Source: Podarcis bocagei
Taxonomy: Eukaryota
Assembly: GCA_964188305.1 (NCBI GenBank)
Contig: OZ076893.1
Strand: one strand, 5' to 3'
Length of the DNA: 64,000 nucleotides
Shown: one piece after another, positions 1 through 13,955 of the stretch
Position numbering within the stretch: the first letter of the stretch is position 1
How the letters are laid out: each line of letters opens with the position of its first letter
The notes under the pieces: model-generated
Database searches by the model: none
What the model was told of the DNA's origin: nothing
The model's input: only the letters and a program-made list of their open reading frames with translations
Position numbers and translations under genes: made by a program

Positions 1-26
1 AAGAAGAAGAAGAAGAAGAAGAAGAA
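1..26 (+). repeat. (AAG)n microsatellite, truncated by the window edge
   Basis: aagaagaagaag... read directly. Confidence 0.9.
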
Positions 27-1559
27 GTTATGCAATTTGTACAGAGTTTGCCTTTGTGACCTACTAGACACACCCTTGTAACTTGTGATCATTATTTATA
101 GCTAGCAGCAAACATAGAAACATAGGTTCTGAGATTCTACATGCATGACCAGAAACCACTAGGTCGTGTTTTCCATAAAATACCAGAATGTTACTCTTGA
201 TTTTAGCCTAATATCACAATGCCAACTCTCTTTAATCAAGTTATATTACTTTCATGCTCAGATTTGTACTTTCTGTTCAGCAGTCAACTGCTCCTCATGT
301 AGCAATGTTGTAGTATTATTGTCAGGGACTGGAAGGAAACTGATGAATGTGCACCAAGAAAGGGGGCTGAAGTCTGACTCAAGAGAGGGGGAAATGGTTT
401 GTGGGGACTTGTACCAGCCAGGAGGCAAGAATCAGAGGCAGAAAAGCTTCAGAGCTGGAGGAAGAGGAGGAAGAGGCAGGCAGGCAAGTGAAGGGCCAGG
501 TGCTCCCCCCCCCGCTCTCCTGCACCACTGTCTCCCAAACCCAGGAGAGAACTGAAGCAGGAAGAGCAGAAGAAGAAGCTTCCACACTATTTGAACATAC
601 CTGCTGTTTGAAGGTTGTCCAGTCCAAACCATAATTTGGAATCTAGACAAGTAGAAAAACTAATCCCGATTCCGATGTAGCCATACCATTTGTGCAAGGA
701 CTTCAGCACGCACAATATGGAACTTCCCTTCCCTCTGATTTGCCCAATCTTTCCCTAATCCATTCTGAGTATTCTCCTAACCTAGAGCATATTTGGGGAG
801 GGGGCATGAGGAGAGGGAGGGCAGGTTGTGCCGCACAAACACAATGCCACTGCTGAATACAACCCTTCAGCTACATATTCTGTAAAGCCTGACCAGTATG
901 TGTGTGAAGGGAGGAACATTACACTTGGCTAAATATAGCCACTATTTGCTAGATTAATGTTGCTTTTACTTTTGACATAGCGTAGGTGTGTTTATTAGCT
1001 TTTATGCGTTCTGGGAAGTCCAATGGAATTAACACCAGCCGCAGACTGTTCAGACAGGCTAATGTGACAGGGCCCTCAGCAAAGAAGATATCAGCGCAAT
1101 GGAAGCTGTTCCACATCTGGCATTTGCTAGCTCAACTGAGACTAGGCGCACAAATGGAGAGACCCACACAGTAGAGGCCACTCAATTGCATCTCCCCAGT
1201 GGTTTAGTCTTTCATCCTGTTTCAAGCCAAAGTTCCCCTTTAGCGCTGGATTCCATTTGCACACAGTGGCAAAAAGTTGTTTGTATGGCTTTGTGTTCTA
1301 CCACCCCCTCTCACACCATGGGCAGCCTAATCCAACGAAACCCCGCTCTGCCAAAAGAAGCTCTAGCTCCTTTTAATGCTTAGCATATGCATTGCTTCAG
1401 CCCGTGAGATGGTTCAGTTCAGGTTCTTAAACCTGTGTGTTTGTTGATACGCTCTGTAACATAACAGAGCTGGAAAGTGGGGGATCTTGCAGTATTAAGC
1501 CATAAGAATAAAAGGCGAGTACCAGTACTGAAGAAAGGAACCTATGTTGCCAATTCTCG

Positions 1560-1928
1560 TAGTAGACCAGTATGAAGTAAGCAGCACATTCTAAATCTTA
1601 TATTAATAATCCACAAATTGAGAGAGCAAGGTACAAGATCTACTACAGAAGCCACAAACAGAAAACCCTTGAGTGTAACATCGCCGACACTTCGTTTGAT
1701 CAAACTTACCCTTGTTGATATCTACAGGAGCCTGGCTAAAGGAACTTTAAAGACTGAATCTTCCTTTTGGACACAATTTGAATGAGTTTTCTGTTTGTGA
1801 CTTCTGTAGCAGATCTTGTCCATTGCTCTCTCAATTTTTGGATTATTAATTTAAGATTTAGAACGTAGAATGGTTTGGTAGGGTTTTGTGTGCTGCTTAT
1901 GTGCTGCTTACTTCATACTAGTCTACTA
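1560..1928. repeat. Diverged inverted repeat (~107-bp arms, ~119-bp spacer); possible old foldback/MITE or inverted retro-insertion
   Basis: 1560-1666 is the reverse complement of 1786-1863 plus 1899-1928 at ~90% identity; the right arm has a ~35-bp insertion. Confidence 0.75.
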
Positions 1929-4900
1929 TAAGAAAAAAAGGAACAAGTTTGCCCTGAGTTGGGGTGGGGGGTGCCACACAATTGATTCCCTCCCTCGTAA
2001 AACATACAGTATTAATTTGGGGTAAAATGTGCATAAAATGCATGTATTAGTGAAATCATCATACAAAAGTACATAATATGAGAGGGAAATGGTTTGAAAA
2101 AATGTGGAGAATAGGCAAAATTGAATTAAAAATGTATATATATTGGGGGGCAGGGAATGCGCTAAGGTGCCAATGAATTTTCATGGACATGAATTTGCAA
2201 ACTGATGTGAATATGTGAAGAACCAGACTTAAGACTGGACACATGAGTAATTAAGAGAAACCAAAGTTGGCATGTTCTCCCATCGCTAGATGTAGATCAG
2301 GTCAGTTTGCAATTGTCATTTCTCTAATTTCCACATCCTGCTGTTTCCTAGAATTCCCTACCACCCCATTGCTGCCTCATTACTACTTTTGCATAGTTCT
2401 CAGATGGACCTCTGGCTTTTATTAAGCCCTGTGCTAAGTGATAATAAACCATCAAGCAGATGTGAAACTCCATCCAGTAGTTCAAGGTTCCCCAACAGCT
2501 ATTTCAGCTTGCAGTGAATGAGTGTGCAATGCAATTTCATGGCAAATCAGACTTAGCCCATATGTATTCATTTACTTATATGAACATTCAGAGGCATAGC
2601 ATGGGAGGGGGGCTGGAGGGACAATTGCCCTGGGTGCAGTTTAAGGGGAGGGTGTGGGGCGTCGTGAGCTATTGCGCCCTTCTTAGCTGCCTTCCAGCTG
2701 GAGGGTGCCTGGGAAGGACGCAACAGCTCGTGGTGCCCTGTGAGTCCAGCACAGTTTTTGCAAGTCTTGAAAAGTGATACTGGGCTTGCAGGGCACTGTG
2801 AGTGCACCCCTCAAAGCTGGCTGGCCAGTGTGCAGGTTGCTCTGGCAGTGCACCCCAGCCCCATGGTGGGCTGAGTGTGCATACCCCAGTCAATGCCACT
2901 GTGAGTATCTTCAATCCTAGTGTCCGTGGCACTCAGTGCAGCTCTTGCCAGAAGGGTTTAAATGAGGACAGGGCAGCACTCTTGCACCCTTCTGCCCTTT
3001 TCCCATTAAAAAACAAAACAAAAACACTTTCCTCTCCTTTTGGAAACAACAGGAGATCCCGGACTGGTAAAAATTCCTCCTCAGGATTGCACAGGCATTG
3101 GCTCCTTCAGATCCAAGCCTTCTTGTGCTCCTTCTCTGAGCCCTGCCCCTTTTCATCCTGCCAGTGCCAGAGCTCTGTTTTCTGTAGGGTCAGGGCTGCA
3201 GAAATTGCCTCAAGGAGGTAAAACCTGACATGAGCTTCCTCTCTCCATGGTCAGAGCTTCCTTTCCTATCTTGGAGAAGATCTGATGTATCATGACACCT
3301 TCCCATAAAATCATAGCCGAAAATACAAGAAATACCACAATAAAAAATGCATAAAATAGAAAGGGGGGATTTGGTGTCCTGAGAGTGCCCCTCCCCCAAT
3401 CCTCCCCAACCTGTCCTTTATCTTGCCCAACCAAAGGTGTCAACCCTAGAGGAGGACATCTGCTTCTGATCTTAGGAAGCGGACAAGATGGTATGGGAGG
3501 AGAACTCTTGGGTCTAAACCATTAAACACAGATTCCTCTCTTGGATCTTCCTTCTACCTAGATCTCTTTCTTATGTGTTCCTCTTGCATAGCTTTAAACC
3601 CTATCTTAAGTTGTTATTTTTTTACTGTTTTTAGCTGTTCTTATTGTATATTTGTAAATGACCTTGTAAAAGAGAATTCATAAATTAAATGAAAAAGGAA
3701 TTAAGGGCTAGAAGTTATTGTATACAAAGCCCCTTTAGCTTTTACAGTGTACAGTAATATTAGTCAAGCTGACACTGTTCATTGGGCCTTGCACCCCAGT
3801 AAGTGTACATAGGAATGCAACCTTAGCCTCAGATTTTGAGTTGTAGGGGTTTTTTTATAACCACCTGATAGACAACGCTGCAGCTGAGCATATTTTGTAT
3901 AGAAAGGCTCACTGAACCATGACATTTAGGATCAAATATGTGGCATCTTGATCTATTTATTTTATGAGTTGCAGTGATGTGATCAGTGCTTTCATTCCAT
4001 GCATTCAAGGCAAACAAATACTGTGTGTAAAATGGTTTGCATCATACAGATGGCTTGCTGAGTTATCTAACACTTGCAATTTCGAATTTGGCACTCAGAA
4101 TAAAACACCAGAAAGCTTACAGAAGCGTGTCGGAATTATGACATTTCCACCTTTGAAGGACAATTGGGTTCTTGCAGAGGAATCTATGGGGTAGCAGAAG
4201 AGTTGTTTCCAAGGAAATAATCTAATTTAGGTTATAACAGGCATGTGGATCTTTTACAGCAGTTTACCTTCTTGCTTCAACCCCAGGGGATTCCTTGGTT
4301 AAAAGGTTTGTTTCCCTCATTTCTCACTTTTGTTGTTTGTACAGTACTGGAAAGGAAAGAGGCAACGGGAAGGGGAAACAGCTTCTATGTTTTGATCTGC
4401 AAGAAGCGTAAAAAGAATGCACTGTCCACATTGGAAGGTTACAGCAGGGGCACTTTGACAGGAGGGGGCTTCCATTGTTATAGTCCCACTTGCTCTGTGA
4501 ATTAACACCACCCTTGTGGCAAAATTAAACAGCGGCTTGGTTTACACCAGCTGACAGTGCAGCAAATATTCAGAGGTTTCTATATTGCTGTCTTACTGGT
4601 TCTACGTTGAAGTTTTGGCTTTTAAAAAAAAAATGCTTTAATGATATAATGTGTTTTAAACTGTACACCACTTTGATACTTTTGAAATATTGAGTGGCAT
4701 AAATGTGCTTTAAAAGAAAAGAAAATAAAATAATAAAAATAAATTATCCATTAGCAGATCACAGATTACAGGGGTCAGAAGAAACCCCTGCCCTAAGACC
4801 TTGTAGAGCTGCTATTTGTCAGAGAAAACCTACTGGGTAAGGTGGGCCTACTGCCTGCTTCAGTTAAGCAACCTCCTATGTTCGCTGATAAAACAGATCC

Positions 4901-7311
4901 TGGTCAGGTCATACAAATCAAAGAGCTAGTAATAAAACAGAGCTCACACTAGCCACCTGCAACAAATCAAAGTCTTTCTTCCAGCTGTCTCAAGATTATC
5001 TTTGGCTGTCTTAAACAAAACTTGGAATAATACGTGTTCACAAAAACAAACTCTTCTGTCATCAGCATCCCATGCAATGGTGACAGAACCTGTCCTGTTC
5101 TCTAATTTTGCAAAGGCTAGACAAATTCTATGCAAATTCAAAAGTAAATCCACTGGGTTCAATAGTCCTGCAGCAAACCACAATGAAGTCAATGGGACTC
5201 ACTTATGCATAGTCATTATTCAATTATGCTGTGGATTTTTTACAGCTCTGTTTATAAATACAGTTACACAATTTTGAATAGAGGCAGTGGTATATTTCTG
5301 TTTAGATCTGAGTTGTTGTTTTTAAGATTCAGCCATAATTAAGGGGCAGGAGGGAGCATTTGTCATTCATACATGAATGTTTATTCAGGAAGACATCCTT
5401 GACATAAACTATCAATAGAAAAATGAAATACAAGAGATTCCTTTCTCCCCAGTGCATGCCACACATTAATGCCACAACACTTAAGGGCTGATTCCTACAT
5501 TGTGTGAAATGGACCTCCAGATAAAATGCTATCTGCAGGAGGCGCTCATCTGCAGAGTGCACAGTTAAATTGGATATCTAAGGCAGTGACAGAGCAAGAA
5601 GGCGGAAGATGAAAACATGGATACCAGAAACTGGGGAGTAATATTGCCAGGTCCAGGCCCTGAAAAGGCTCCTGTAAAATGAAAGTCAGACTGAATTCTC
5701 ATGTGTGACTTCCCTGGTAATTTCAGCACTTTGTAAAGAAAATTATACATGGTCACAGTCTCTTTATAGACATTATAGAAGTCCCTTCAAGGTCTTGGCC
5801 TAGCAACCAAGCAATGGAGGCACAGAGACATTGAGTAGACTCCACATCTCATCACTGAAAACTAGTCTACTCCACCTCTGCAACTGAACAGTGAACATAT
5901 TTTTTCCTCAGCATTCATATAGAGTAGAAATATTTTGCAAAATAGGAACCGATTCTCAGGAATTGCATTGCAGGTTAAGAACAAACTATTTGTCAATCCA
6001 GATCAGCATTATCTTCTGTGACTAGAAACAGCTCTTCAGGGACATGGGCAAAGGTATTTTACATCATTTTCTACTTGATGCTTTTTACCTGGGATCGAAC
6101 CTGGGATGTTATGAATGCTCTATCTCTGAATCCTCCCTGGTTCATTGTGCAGAAGATACGTAGCTCTGTAATTTAAGTGTCAGGGCTATTTAGCTACACT
6201 TGACAGGCATATTAAGCGACAATCCTATTTAGGCTGTCAAATTAATGTAAACTAAGGCACACAATATCTTCTGTGATTTTGCTGGCTGCTGTTTCCAGAT
6301 CTAGGTCTGCAGAAACTGGAAATGTCAGTGGCTCAGCTGTACAAGATTTAGATGGAAAACATACACTTGAGTACCGACTGAAAAGGTCAGAACCTTGAAA
6401 CAATGTTTCCCCAAAGACTAATTTTGATGCCATTGAATAATTGCAAGAGGAAAACCCTTGCTACTTAGAAATATATGCTACTATATGAACACAGGTCTAA
6501 CCATTTCTGATTATAGTACTACCAGTTCTGCTACTTACATCTAGCTTTTTACATTTGGTTAATGTCACTACAAATAAATCTCTCCCAAAGAAGTGCCTTG
6601 CAAAATGAAATAGGAATATGTCTTCTATTCAGAAAGAGCTCAGTGACACAGCATCTCTGCATTCTCTCTATTGTCCTGTTTATGTTCAAGTCTTTTCATT
6701 GCTCAATACCTCTGGGAAGCAAATAGCAAGTTAGTCTTCTTAATTCATTTTTGAGATGCTGCTGAATAGAGTTAGAGTGAAAAGAAGCCACTCATTGTTA
6801 AGGAAACCACAGCTAAAGGAAGGAGAAAGAGAAATGGGCAGCCATAGACTGGCAGCTAGGAAGAATGGGACAATTAAGTGGGGCTTATGCTGGGCTGGCA
6901 TGTGAGCAGATATATGCAAATGCCATACCAGGAAGTGGCTACTTACGACAGAGCCTGTTCATGTTGTGTAGTCTTCATACAACAAAATGAATCCACTATA
7001 CCAGCCTTCCCCAATCTGGATCCTTCCAGAAGCTGCTGGATCAAACAACTTGGACCCAAAGTACCTTAAGGACGATCTGATCCCATGCTCCATCTTGATC
7101 ATTGAGATCCTCTGATGGGGAATTAGGGTAGTTCAAAACACTCCTGGTTTTTTGTTGGCCTTTGCAAGGGACCATGTCTTTAGTACTAGGCAGGGAAACC
7201 TGGTTTGGATTCCCAGTGGATAAGTTAAGTCCTAGAAAGAGCTGAGTGGTTGTTCTTGGTTAGAACACTGACAGCCATTCTAGGTGGGAAAAGTCTACCT
7301 CTGAGACTTGG

Positions 7312-7930
7312 TGTCATGAACTGGCAGGATGATGGGGAGAAGGAAGAAGGATGGAGCCAGGACTGGGACACACTGGGGAAGCAGAGGATGGGGAACGAAG
7401 TACTCACAGGGCGACGGAGGTTGGGGAGGGATTGGAGGTCAGTGCACAGAAACCAGAGCAGCAGGACACATCACCAGAGAGGGCCCTGTCCCCACGAATG
7501 CAGCAGACTCTGAGGCATTGGGAGCAGCAGATGGGGTGCTCCAGGAGGCTGAGGTAGGCAAGGGCCCACAGCCCAGTTCCTTGGCTGGCCAGGTGGGGCT
7601 TGCTAGCTCTGAGAGAATGTGTGTTCTTCTTCAGCTGGAGTAGGCTTGAAGAGGTGAGGGTCACGTGCCTACCAAGCCCAGATGCTGCAATCAGCATGAA
7701 AGGTATAAAAGTTAAAGCAGAGCTGAGGGTCTGTGTCTGCTCAACGATCCATGTTCCTGGCCCTTAGAGTACTGTGCTTTGGGTGTGACTCTGAACTGTA
7801 TCCTGACTGCTTCAGACTTGGTCTACAACTCTACATGGATTGACCCTGGACTGTGTTTCTGGACCCTTGGACTTCAGATTTTAGACTTGGCATACTGACT
7901 TGCTGCAAGGTAGGACAGGGTTTCAGGACA
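7312..7930 (+). mobile_element. Solo LTR (619 bp) of an LTR retrotransposon or ERV
   Basis: Begins TGTCATGAA, ends TTCAGGACA (8/9 inverted match, TG...CA). Flanked by a 5-bp direct repeat CTTGG (7307-7311, 7931-7935). Internal TATAAAA near 7704. Confidence 0.75.
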
Positions 7931-10091
7931 CTTGGTTTCAAACGAGTGCTGCTTAAAAGCTGCTCTGAAAAGAGTGTGTGTTTTAAATTAAGTTTTGTTA
8001 AAACCTCAAAGAGTGCAATTAAATAAATGTACAGTACAGGGGGGTGATCATTTTGCACAGGCTTCCATTCTGGGCTCCTGCACACATTGGTGGAGTGTGC
8101 ATAAGCCCGCCTCATTACGCCTGTCCCTTGTTTGCCCTTTTCCTGGTCCAAAAGGATCTGCATCAGCGGTCATGCGCCAATTGGATGCATGCAAAATGGT
8201 TGCCCCCTGTAGTGCCTCCTCATACTTTGAACCTCTGGGTAGGGAGTGGGTGATCACTGGATAGTCTTCACAGAAATATACCTTTGTGACTGTTAAACAT
8301 AAAAGGTAGTACAAACAATTAATTATTGACCTCTGCTGTGTGAATATGATGGGGGGGTGTTAATCTGTTATTGCACCCATTATATTAGCAGTCTCACCCA
8401 GCACCCATCTTCAGTGAGGCTATCTGTAACAACTATATTGTGAAAGTAACTGTCCAGGTTTGATTTACATTAACCAAAGAGAAGCAATGCTAGTTTTCAT
8501 TCTCTGGTTGTATTTTGCTCCGGTTGTAAATGCATACCACCCTAGAATATTCTTTGGTTGGAAATCATTGTTGCTCAGTAATACGTCAGCACATTTCAAT
8601 TTACCAAGACCATGATCAAGTGCAGCCAAACTCACACCCCCCAACTGTGAAGCAATTTATTTAAGGCCTCCTTGAAGGCTCTTTCAGTGGACCTCACACA
8701 AAGGCTTTCCAGCACATTTATTCTTGAGAGGTTGAGTCAGTCACAAGGAAGTTTCACAATCCAATTCCTCCTTCCTTAAAGTAACCCATTGAAAAGGGCA
8801 AAAGTTCACACAACCCGCTACTGTGACCTAGCACTTGAAGCAGGATGTGCAAACAGTCAATGCAATGGTGACAGACTTGCTGCCTATGATGCCCAGTGTA
8901 GAAAAAAGCTTATTCACAGCATTACCTTATTTACTTGTCATTTCAGAAGCAATCCGTGAGACTACGTAGAGGGGAGAAGAGCTTCAGAGCACAGTTTTAT
9001 TTAGTATTGCCTCTCTGTTGGCAATGTTTAAATTTAATAACATTTGAATAAACATTTATACTTCCTCTTTAATGCAATATGCGGAAAGGTTGTCATCAGC
9101 TTTGACTATAACTATAAAACATAATTTGTTCATGGTTTTTATATTAAGGACAGACTTGCTCAAGTCTGGACTTTCACAATAAGAGGAAAGTGAGATAATG
9201 AATTTAAAAGAATGCATTAGGACTCCCGTTAGATGCCAGAAAGAATATGCTAATACATCCATTTCATCCTTTCCTTTAAATAAACAAAGGGATTCCTTTG
9301 TGATGTCATAAAATATTCCCTGTGGGATTTGCACAATGTTTGTAGATACTGTGCTACTGAAATAGAAGCTCATAAACAAGCATTTGATTTATGTCATTCC
9401 TTTGGAAATTTAATAATATTTTTTTTTCCTTGGAATGGAATTTTGGCATATTTTACATTATGTTTAGTATTATTAAACACATCCCACAGGAAAGCATTAT
9501 TGGCCGTGAAAGCTTGCAATTCATCGCAAATACTTTCTGCATGCAAGAGTGCCCTCTAGATATGGTACAATATTGCCATATGCAAAAACATGTCTATAGC
9601 ATGAGACTAAACTAAAAGGTATCAATTTCAAGAGTTACTGAAAACCGATATACATAATGGTTGCATCCATTGGCAGTGGGTGGCCATTTAATCTGGTGAG
9701 TTGGAGGCAGGCCCCATCACACAATCTGCCTGTCTCTCTGTGTGTGTCTTTCTCTCCTGGCACACAGTTTTTCTATCCTCCCTAGTGCTAGCACACACTC
9801 ATGCACGCGTGTGCACACACACAAACACACAAGAGGAGAAGTGACAGTGAGTTGGCAGTAAACCACACTGTTCAAGTTGGAATTAACTCTTTATTAGCAA
9901 GAACACAATCAAGCAATAGGAGAATGTGCCTGCACAAAGCCAATATTTTCATGCCTCTTCTGGTTCTGGGAGACAAGGGGAGGGGAGCCTGTCACAGTAG
10001 GAGGGGGAGATACCCAGCCTGGCTCATCTCTGCCTCTTGGCCTTCCTCATCTCACTCTCCTGCTTCAGCTTCTGCCTCTGATTCTAGACTA

Positions 10092-10317
10092 CAGTGGTAC
10101 CTTGGGTTAAGAACTTAATTCGTTCTGGAGGTCCGTTCTTAACTTGAAACTGCTCTTAACCTGAAGCACCACTTTAGCTAATGGGGCCTACCGCTGCCAC
10201 TGCGCCACCGCCACACAATTTCTGTTCTCATCCTGAAGCAAAGTTCTTAACCTGAGGTACTATTTCTGGGTTAGCGGAGTCTGCAACCTGAAGTGTCTGT
10301 AACCCAAGGTACCGCTG
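10092..10317. mobile_element. Tigger/pogo-like MITE, family A, copy 1
   Basis: TA|CAGTGGTACCTTGGGTTA ... TAACCCAAGGTACCGCTG|TA; highly similar to 19400-19617. Confidence 0.88.
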
Positions 10318-12689
10318 TACTCTCTGCCACAGCCTCTGCCTGCTTACTAAACCCTGCTACCTCTTCAGCTTCCAACACCTCCTTCTCCTAGTCCCCTTGT
10401 TGGAGATTCATTCCCTGTCTGCAGTCATGGGATTGTTGTCTATCACATGACGGTGTATGTTTTCATTCTACGGTGTGGGAAGTGATGGAGACAGGATGTT
10501 TGTGTTATTGTGTTCCGTGAAGTGGGACTATTGTCCTTTGTTCTTTTCTCTCTTTGCTGTCTGATGATGAAGAGGCAGGAGCTAAATCAGAAAGTGCCGA
10601 GTGTATTATATGTAAATAAATGTAGATTAGCCAAAATGCTGTGCTATTGGTTCTGTTACACAAACTGTGAAGACTCTACGTATCCCTAAGTGTGCCAATG
10701 TCTGTTGTCATCAGTAGCTGTGATGTTCAGGGAGAAAAAGGCTTTTGAAGCTCCCAAACAATCGACCAGGAGGGAGAGAACATGCCAGTCGGGCATGTGT
10801 CTCTGCCAGGGCCCTACACGAGAGGAGGACGCTCCTAACAGTCGTCCCCCTCTTCTCCCTCTGACAGCTCATCATCAGCCTACAATCAATCCCCGGCCCT
10901 GAGCCTTCTTCCCTCGGTAGTTCCCTAGCTGGTTCCACCCACCATCCCTCTGCATCCAACCGGTCCATGACCTGAAGCTAGAGTCTGCGAGGAGGAAAAT
11001 AATAAAGCTAGGGAAGGAGAGCATTTATATAGTTCCTGGTCACCAAACTGCACAGAAGCAAACCAGAGGAGCAGCTTGGGGAAGGACAGCCTCCCCTTCT
11101 TCCCTGAGCAAATCACATCCTTTTTTCTCTGGCAACAAATATAACGTCTCTCGTTTAGACCAGTTTTCAAAAGAAAAGCTTTCCTCAAGGCTTGTTCTCT
11201 GCCAGAGTGAATTGCAGCTGACTTGGTCTCTTTAAACCTCATCAGTGCCATCTTTTATTTCAGTCAGATTCAGTCTTCCATTTCCCTTCTTTCTACTGCT
11301 GTCTGCATTTATATATTTTTCTACTAAAGTTGTGCTCAGGTTAATAAAAGTGAAGCTTGATTTACAGGAAAGTGTAGATGGATAGATGTTTAGTTGACAT
11401 GTTAAGGCCAGACTAAATACCAAATATTCAAGTTCTTCTAGCTTTATGAAAGACTGGGTGTATAAGAGTGTGGCAGAGAGGAAAGTAGCATTGTGACATG
11501 AAAGGAACATAGGTGCAGTATAAAGTTATGTAAGACAGCTCCCTTACACAAACTGGTAGATAATAGAATGAATGAGGGTTAAAGGGTTGGCTGTGTGCTT
11601 TTAGCAGAGTCCTCTGAGAGATACAATGTACATGTGGTTTTCATTTGCCAAGAAAGAGCTAGGCTAGCACAGTTGCTAGAAGTGTCTATATGCTTTTAAT
11701 GCATTTTCTGTTATGTCAGTTGTCATTAGAGACCTTTTTTTCCCTTGTAAGGTACAGTAGGATCAAAAAAGGGCAGATATCTTTTAGTGGGCATTGCATT
11801 CAAACTCATTGGTCCTTAGCTGCTTTTTAATGACATGTCAGAGGGTAACTTTTGATTGGTTAAAGAAAATAACATAGCAGCAACTAAAGGAAATAACTGG
11901 TATTTCAACATAATTAGAGAAGGACTGTTTCCTTTGCTATTTATAATTGACCCTATCCATGAGGACTCAAGACAAGTAATTGAAAGAGAGGAACTCTGGC
12001 TGTATTAAATGCCAGGCATGTGTTCATGGAATGCATACAAGGTGCCGCTGATGATGAAAAATTAAATACTCAATAAACCAGGCATGGAGTGGAAATAAAG
12101 CTTCTTTTATTATAACGCTCAGACAGCTGTTACAAACCAAATGCATTTTCCTGACATGTAAGTGGAACCTTGGTACAATCTAGTTGGGACATTCCTTTTA
12201 GCTATGTGCTGGCAAAAGTAAGAAGTATTTCCTAGAAGCCATTTTGCAAAAACAGTGTGTACAGCTAACCAATGGAAGCTATACAAATATCCAACAGCAG
12301 CTGGTGTAGTTGGTCAGAGATACTCAGAGCTCCCTCCTGACTCCAGCATTGCTACAGCAAGGGATGTAGCAGCTCTGCCCACTCCAGTCTCATCCAGGTA
12401 AGTGAAGCAGCACCAGTCTTGGGATGGGGGTCTGCCCCATCACACTGGCTGCTACTGCAATATTAACAGATGTTGGCAATGGCCCATCTCAGAAACCAAG
12501 GGTCACTTGGAGACTGCACTCCTACACATAGAAGCTTCATTGTGCACAATGTGGCTTAACCCCAGGAAAACAAGTGCACACAGGATTGCAACCTATCCCC
12601 CCCCCCCCAGTAGTACAGTATTCTGAGGAACTCTGGGATTCCTCAGTTAAAAGCTCAATAGTGGAAGACAATCTGCCTTAAGGGCTTTC

Positions 12690-12775
12690 CGCAGGCATCT
12701 GGTTAGCCACTGTGAACGGGATGCTGGACTAAATGGGCCTTTTGAATGGCTCCAGCAGGGCTCTTTTTAGGTTCT
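12690..12775 (+). mobile_element. Degraded CR1-type 3' tail fragment
   Basis: ggatgctggactaaatgggcc...tccagcagggctcttt resembles the squamate CR1-type tail; an inverted relative lies near 27424-27500. Confidence 0.45.
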
Positions 12776-13399
12776 GTGCTTCAGAGAAGCTTGTCCACCA
12801 CAACTGATAGTGGAATGAGCTGTATTTTCTTGAAGGACAACTTTCCTTCCGTCACTCATCTCTCCTTGCAGTGCACAGCTGCAGAGGATTGTTGGATATG
12901 TTCTGGAACATTCAGTTTCCACAAGCCAATAGGCCAAGCCAGTGAATCAATAACACATCCTAAACCATCCTCGAGACTTTTCTGCGGTTATGCAGCAGAT
13001 GTGTAAGAATTTGTCAGCAGATCAAAAAATCTGGAAAAGTGGTTTTCTGTAGACCGAAAATGTGGAAACCACTTCTGTACAGTATTATGTTCCCTTCTAT
13101 TACTATATAATCCCCTTGTAGGAAATATATAAATGTTTTAAGTCTTTCTTTCTTTTTTACACTGGGCACAGCCAAACCACAGTGAAGCCCTCGGAAGTCC
13201 TGATTTCAAAGAGAAAGTTAACCCTCTCGTGCATAAATGAATCTGATTTTGAAGCACTTTGCTTTAGCTGAATTATGTCCATGGTTTATTGTATTTTACA
13301 GTCTTGTTTTGGTGCTATTGGTAGGGAACTCTGTAAATAAGTCACTATTACTGCTACTCATTCAGAGATATACAAAAGTTCATACCCATTACAAGTATC

Positions 13400-13955
13400 T
13401 TTTTATAATACCCTGAAATAAATCAGCTACTTAATCTAAAAAAGAACAAAGGCATAAATAAGAAAAGAAAAAGAAGACAATGCGAAAGAAGAAAAATTAA
13501 AGAATGATAAAGATAAAGACTTTCGATTCTTTGTCCTGCAGCTAAATATAGTACCCACTCATTAAGAGCCAACCATTCTATCCTCTGTAAACCAGTATTT
13601 TTTTCAATCTTCAAATCACTGTGCTACAAGTTCATTTTCTCTTTCACGCAAAAAGTCGGTAAGAAGTTTCCAGTCCTGAATAAATGTCAACAATTATTTG
13701 CCATCTCAGCCTAGTTTAATAACTTTATCAGCCAGGGCTGTATTTTTTCATCTTTGTGCATATAATAATCTTGCCACTGTAATCACAAATTGGAGTAATG
13801 TTCTATAATTCTTTTCTCGTTCTGTATCCGTTAACCCCAAAAGAAAGAGTTCCAGCTTCAATTGAATATTAACCTTTAAAATCTGCTGTATCAATGTATG
13901 CATTTGTAGCCAATATATTTTAGCCTTTTTACATGTCCACCTTGGAAGTACCATT
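13400..13955 (-). mobile_element. 5'-truncated L1-clade LINE fragment (ORF2 C-terminus and T-rich 3'UTR)
   Basis: Minus-strand translation WTCKKAKIYW...LFLLGL...ITVARLLYAQ, then FIQDWKLLTDFL, resembles the L1/Tx1 ORF2 C-terminal region; disrupted by stops. Confidence 0.7.

Noticed and set aside
166-650. Overlapping ORFs with E/S/G-rich tracts
   Set aside because: Low-complexity purine-rich sequence, probably a degraded LTR starting near 320; no recognisable protein or splice structure.
1000-1100. Minus-strand GPVT peptide suggesting an exon of ALKAL1, the neighbour of RB1CC1 in mammals
   Set aside because: Similarity stops after four residues. No EIFPRD or CSKHFHRLY-like sequence was found by eye in 1-21000. 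The region may be conserved non-coding DNA, but that cannot be shown without alignments.
9840-10710. Possible nested LTR remnants around the MITE at 10092
   Set aside because: LTR-like composition and AATAAA signals are present, but no matching TG...CA ends with a TSD could be established.
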